Assembly: GCA_963785235.1 (NCBI GenBank) | Contig: CAWAUM010000012.1 | Location: 160,001 to 224,000, forward strand | Origin: an uncultured delta proteobacterium | GTDB lineage: Bacteria; Desulfobacterota; Desulfomonilia; UBA1062 | Direction of reading: 5' to 3' | DNA length: 64,000 bases | Shown: positions 60,664 to 64,000 of the stretch, one piece after another | How positions within the stretch are numbered: the first letter of the stretch is position 1 | Layout of the letters: every line of letters begins with the position of its first letter | Notes under the pieces: model-generated | The model's database searches: none | What the model saw: the letters and a program-made list of their open reading frames with translations, nothing else | What the model was told of the DNA's origin: nothing | Position numbers and translations under genes: made by a program

Positions 60664-61962
60664 ATGGCGCATAACACTACCATTTCCGCTTACGCACTCC
60701 TGGTTGACCGGTTGAACCGTTTCCCCCAGGGTGCTCCGCCATCGGAACTCCTGTTCAAGATCCTGAAGATGCTCTTCAGCGAAAAAGAGGCTGCGCTGGT
60801 CTCCCTTTTACCCATAAAACCCTTCACCGCAGAAAAGGCCTGTCTGGCCTGGAAAATGGGCCTCACCGAAACCCGGAAGGTGCTCGATGAACTGGCCGGG
60901 CGGGCGATCCTGGTTGATATTGAACTGAATGGCCGGACCCATTATGTCCTTCCACCACCCATGGCAGGCTTCTTCGAGTTTTCCATGATGCGGGTGCGGC
61001 ATGATATCGACCAGAAGATCCTGAGTGAACTGCTATATCAGTACTTGAACGTGGAAGAGGATTTCATCAGGCAGCTCTTTACCAGGGGTAAAACCCAGCT
61101 GGGACGCACCTTTGTCCATGAACCGGCATTGTCCGGAGAGAATGCTCTGTTTGTTCTGGATTATGAACGGGCCAGCGAGATCATCAAGGGCTCTCCCTGC
61201 AGAGCCATCAGCATATGCTACTGCCGGCACAAGATGCATCATCTTGACAGGGCTTGCAATGCCCCGCTCGAAATCTGCATGACGTTCAATAACACCGCGA
61301 CTTCGCTGATCAAGCATGGCATAGCCCGGGAGGTTGATACATGGGAATGTCTCGATTTACTGCAGTCGGCATATGAGCACGGCCTAGTCCAGTTCGGGGA
61401 AAATGTGCGTGAGCGGGTAAACTTCATCTGCAACTGCTGTAAATGCTGCTGCGAGGCCATGCTTGCAGCCCAGAGATTTGCCATGCTGAACCCGGTTCAT
61501 ACCACAAATTTCATGCCGGAAATTCATAGGGATGGTTGCATCGGATGCGGAAAATGCATTGATTTCTGTCCGGTGAATGCCCTTACCCTTATCCCTTCGG
61601 TGAACCCTGACAACAGTATCGCTAGCAGGGTGCACCTGAATGAAGAACAATGCCTTGGATGCGGTCTGTGCGTCAGGAAATGCACGAAAGGCGCAATCCA
61701 TCTGAAATCGCGACCCAAAAGGGTCATCACCCCGTTGAACAGTGCCCACAGGGCGGTTGTAATGGCCATCGAGCGCGGCACGTTGCAGCATCTGATATTT
61801 GATAATAAGGTGTTGTGGAGTCATCGTGCCCTTGCCTGTATCCTTGGGGTAATCCTGAAACTCCCACCACTCAAGCAGGCCCTTGCCAGCACTCAGGTGA
61901 AATCACGTTATCTGGAGACACTTGTCAAGTTCATGCAGGGCGCGCCTATCATGACCAAGTAA
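60664..61962 (+). CDS. 4Fe-4S dicluster domain protein
   Basis: RLNRFPQGAP, CYCRH, ICNCCKCCC and two ferredoxin motifs. Confidence 0.9.
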   Translation: MAHNTTISAYALLVDRLNRFPQGAPPSELLFKILKMLFSEKEAALVSLLPIKPFTAEKACLAWKMGLTETRKVLDELAGRAILVDIELNGRTHYVLPPPMAGFFEFSMMRVRHDIDQKILSELLYQYLNVEEDFIRQLFTRGKTQLGRTFVHEPALSGENALFVLDYERASEIIKGSPCRAISICYCRHKMHHLDRACNAPLEICMTFNNTATSLIKHGIAREVDTWECLDLLQSAYEHGLVQFGENVRERVNFICNCCKCCCEAMLAAQRFAMLNPVHTTNFMPEIHRDGCIGCGKCIDFCPVNALTLIPSVNPDNSIASRVHLNEEQCLGCGLCVRKCTKGAIHLKSRPKRVITPLNSAHRAVVMAIERGTLQHLIFDNKVLWSHRALACILGVILKLPPLKQALASTQVKSRYLETLVKFMQGAPIMTK

Positions 61963-62074
61963 CTATGAATCATTATGATTAATACATGTTTTATTCATAA
62001 TTAATTACCCTGTGCGATAACCTGCACATGCTTACACTCAATCACAAACTATTTCTTAAGGAGAAGGTGACGCT

Positions 62075-62869
62075 ATGGGATTCGTAAAAACATTCCAGGA
62101 GATTATGGCAAATGTAAGGCCTACAGCTGATTTTTTTGATGCTGAAATGTTAGCGGTTTTCTGGGAGACAAAGCCTGAAATTATCGCCAGACTGCTCCCA
62201 CCACCACTTAAGCCGGCCAAAGACCCTGTAGCCATGGCCTTTGCCGCATATTATCCCAAAACCAATTTTGATGTCACCTATAGGGAGAGCGCCCTGTTTA
62301 TCCGTGCTTCCCATAACGGGGAAGAGGGGAATTATTGCCTTTCCATGCCAGTGACAAATGACATGGCCATGGCCGGCGGTAGGGAGGTCTTCGGGTTTCC
62401 AAAGAAAATGGCTGATATACATTTCGCCCGGAAAGGAGATTCCGTTGAAGGCTGGACCGAGCGTCGTGGCGTTCGTTTCATGGAGGTCCATGCCAAGCTC
62501 TCCGGCAATTTCAATGATGAGGAGGCCCAGAAAAAACATCTGGAGACAAGTGTGGGTTCAGACGGATCAATAAGGGGTATCTCATACAACTTCAAGCACT
62601 TCCCTGCCCCGGAGGGCTCCGCGTTCGATTATAATCCTCGTCTCGTCCGGCAGGAGACAATATTAAGACCAAGAGAAATGCTCCTGGGTGAAGCGGAAAT
62701 AATCCTTAAGGCCTCTGATTACGACCCCTGGGCCGAGGTGGAGGTCGTGAAGATGCTGGGGGCATTATATACAAAGGGAGACAATTCCATGCTGGGTGGC
62801 AAGGTGGTTGCAGAAGTCGACCTCATGCAGTTTGCACCTTATGCCTTTTTGAAATGGGACATGAAATAA
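62075..62869 (+). CDS. Acetoacetate decarboxylase-like protein
   Basis: LLPPPL, YRE and GREVFGFPKK motifs. Confidence 0.9.
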   Translation: MGFVKTFQEIMANVRPTADFFDAEMLAVFWETKPEIIARLLPPPLKPAKDPVAMAFAAYYPKTNFDVTYRESALFIRASHNGEEGNYCLSMPVTNDMAMAGGREVFGFPKKMADIHFARKGDSVEGWTERRGVRFMEVHAKLSGNFNDEEAQKKHLETSVGSDGSIRGISYNFKHFPAPEGSAFDYNPRLVRQETILRPREMLLGEAEIILKASDYDPWAEVEVVKMLGALYTKGDNSMLGGKVVAEVDLMQFAPYAFLKWDMK

Positions 62870-62942
62870 TCTGCATGAAAAAGTTTACAACCCATTTCCA
62901 GATTCGAAGTCAGAATCCTTTAAAAGATAAGGAGCCGGATCA

Positions 62943-64000
62943 ATGACATACCGTGATATTGATTTACCTGTGAGAGACGAGACAAAGGCCATGCTGAATC
63001 AAGTGAAGAAATTCAGCATGGAAGTCATGCGGCCGGCCGGCATCCAGCTTGACAAGCTCGCCAACCCTGAGGATGTGATCGCCGAGGACTCAGCGTTATG
63101 GGATGTATTCAGAGACTTCCGTGCCCTGGGCCTTCACACCATGCAGATCACTAAGGCATTGGGCGGCATGGCTGAAGACAATGACCCCATGACAACTGTG
63201 CTGATCGGTGAACAGCTCGGATATGCGGATGCCGGCCTGGCCATCAGCATGGGGGTATCATGCATGCCTTTCAATTATGCCGCCATGTTCCCTGTCCCAG
63301 AGATGCAGCAGCTCGCCCGGGATTTCTGTGATGACAAGGAAGGAAAGATGATCGGCTGCTGGGCCATTACCGAACCTGATCACGGAACTGACTGGAGCCT
63401 TGGCAACAATAATCCCAAGTGCGGTCCTTCAGTAAAGGCAGTGCTCAAAGGTGATGAATATGTCATAAACGGCGAGAAGTCTGCCTGGGTATCCAATGGG
63501 ACCATCGCCACGCATGCGCTGCTCCATGTGGCGCTTGATCCGTCCAGAGGCATGCAGGGCCAGGGACTGGCGATTCTCCCCCTTGACCTGCCCGGCATTT
63601 CCAGGGGTAAGCCGCTGGACAAGATGGGCCAGCGGCCACTCAATCAGGGGTCGATCATCTTCGAGGATGCAAGAATTCCCAGGAAGTACATGGTTATTCC
63701 GTATCCGGACTTCATCAACGCCTCAAGCGGACAGGGACTCGCCACAGTGAACGGAGGTATGGCCATTGTCTTTGCCGGCCTTGCCAAGGCTGCATATGAT
63801 GAAGCCTTCATATATGCGAAACAGAGGATACAGGGCGGGGTCGCTATTTATGAGCATTCCGCCATCAAGTTGAAGCTGATTAACATGTTCACAAAAGTAG
63901 AGGCCGCCAGGGCGAATGCCCGCAGGATGGCCATGTATAACCTGGCCAATCCGCTTTCCCCATCAGTTGTTCATGCAGTGGCAGCCAAGTGCCTTTCCAC
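62943..64000 (+). CDS. Acyl-CoA dehydrogenase (truncated by the window end)
   Basis: AAGGAG RBS, ATG at 62943; WAITEPDHGTD, INGEKSAWVSNG, KMGQR and YAKQRIQGG motifs. Confidence 0.92.
   Translation, partial: MTYRDIDLPVRDETKAMLNQVKKFSMEVMRPAGIQLDKLANPEDVIAEDSALWDVFRDFRALGLHTMQITKALGGMAEDNDPMTTVLIGEQLGYADAGLAISMGVSCMPFNYAAMFPVPEMQQLARDFCDDKEGKMIGCWAITEPDHGTDWSLGNNNPKCGPSVKAVLKGDEYVINGEKSAWVSNGTIATHALLHVALDPSRGMQGQGLAILPLDLPGISRGKPLDKMGQRPLNQGSIIFEDARIPRKYMVIPYPDFINASSGQGLATVNGGMAIVFAGLAKAAYDEAFIYAKQRIQGGVAIYEHSAIKLKLINMFTKVEAARANARRMAMYNLANPLSPSVVHAVAAKCLS

Overview
Chromosomal window, probably from an anaerobic Desulfobacterota/'deltaproteobacterium'. This host assignment is inferred from gene content: 2-hydroxyacyl-CoA dehydratase, many 4Fe-4S proteins, DUF362, a MopB oxidoreductase and acyl-CoA enzymes. 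The standout is a ~16.4 kb minus-strand operon (16860->492) behind a near-consensus sigma54 promoter. It encodes an ExbB/TolQ plus two ExbD/TolR proton-motor subunits, GltF-, GltG(TonB-C)-, OM beta-barrel-, GltC- and GltD/E-like envelope proteins, then four exported proteins (beta-propeller lipoprotein, thrombospondin type-3 repeat protein, VWA/MIDAS lipoprotein, PPC-like repeat lipoprotein). Together this looks like a self-contained myxobacterial Agl-Glt/Nfs-type trans-envelope machine with Mts/CglB-like adhesins, but in a non-myxobacterial context. About 14 frameshifts are visible, nearly all single-base insertions, and are probably long-read errors. The rest is ordinary metabolic, signalling and housekeeping genes, two more sigma54 promoters, and a ~150-bp intergenic repeat family with covarying long hairpins. 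I saw no rRNA, tRNA, CRISPR array or transposase. Family names come from motif recognition, not from database searches.
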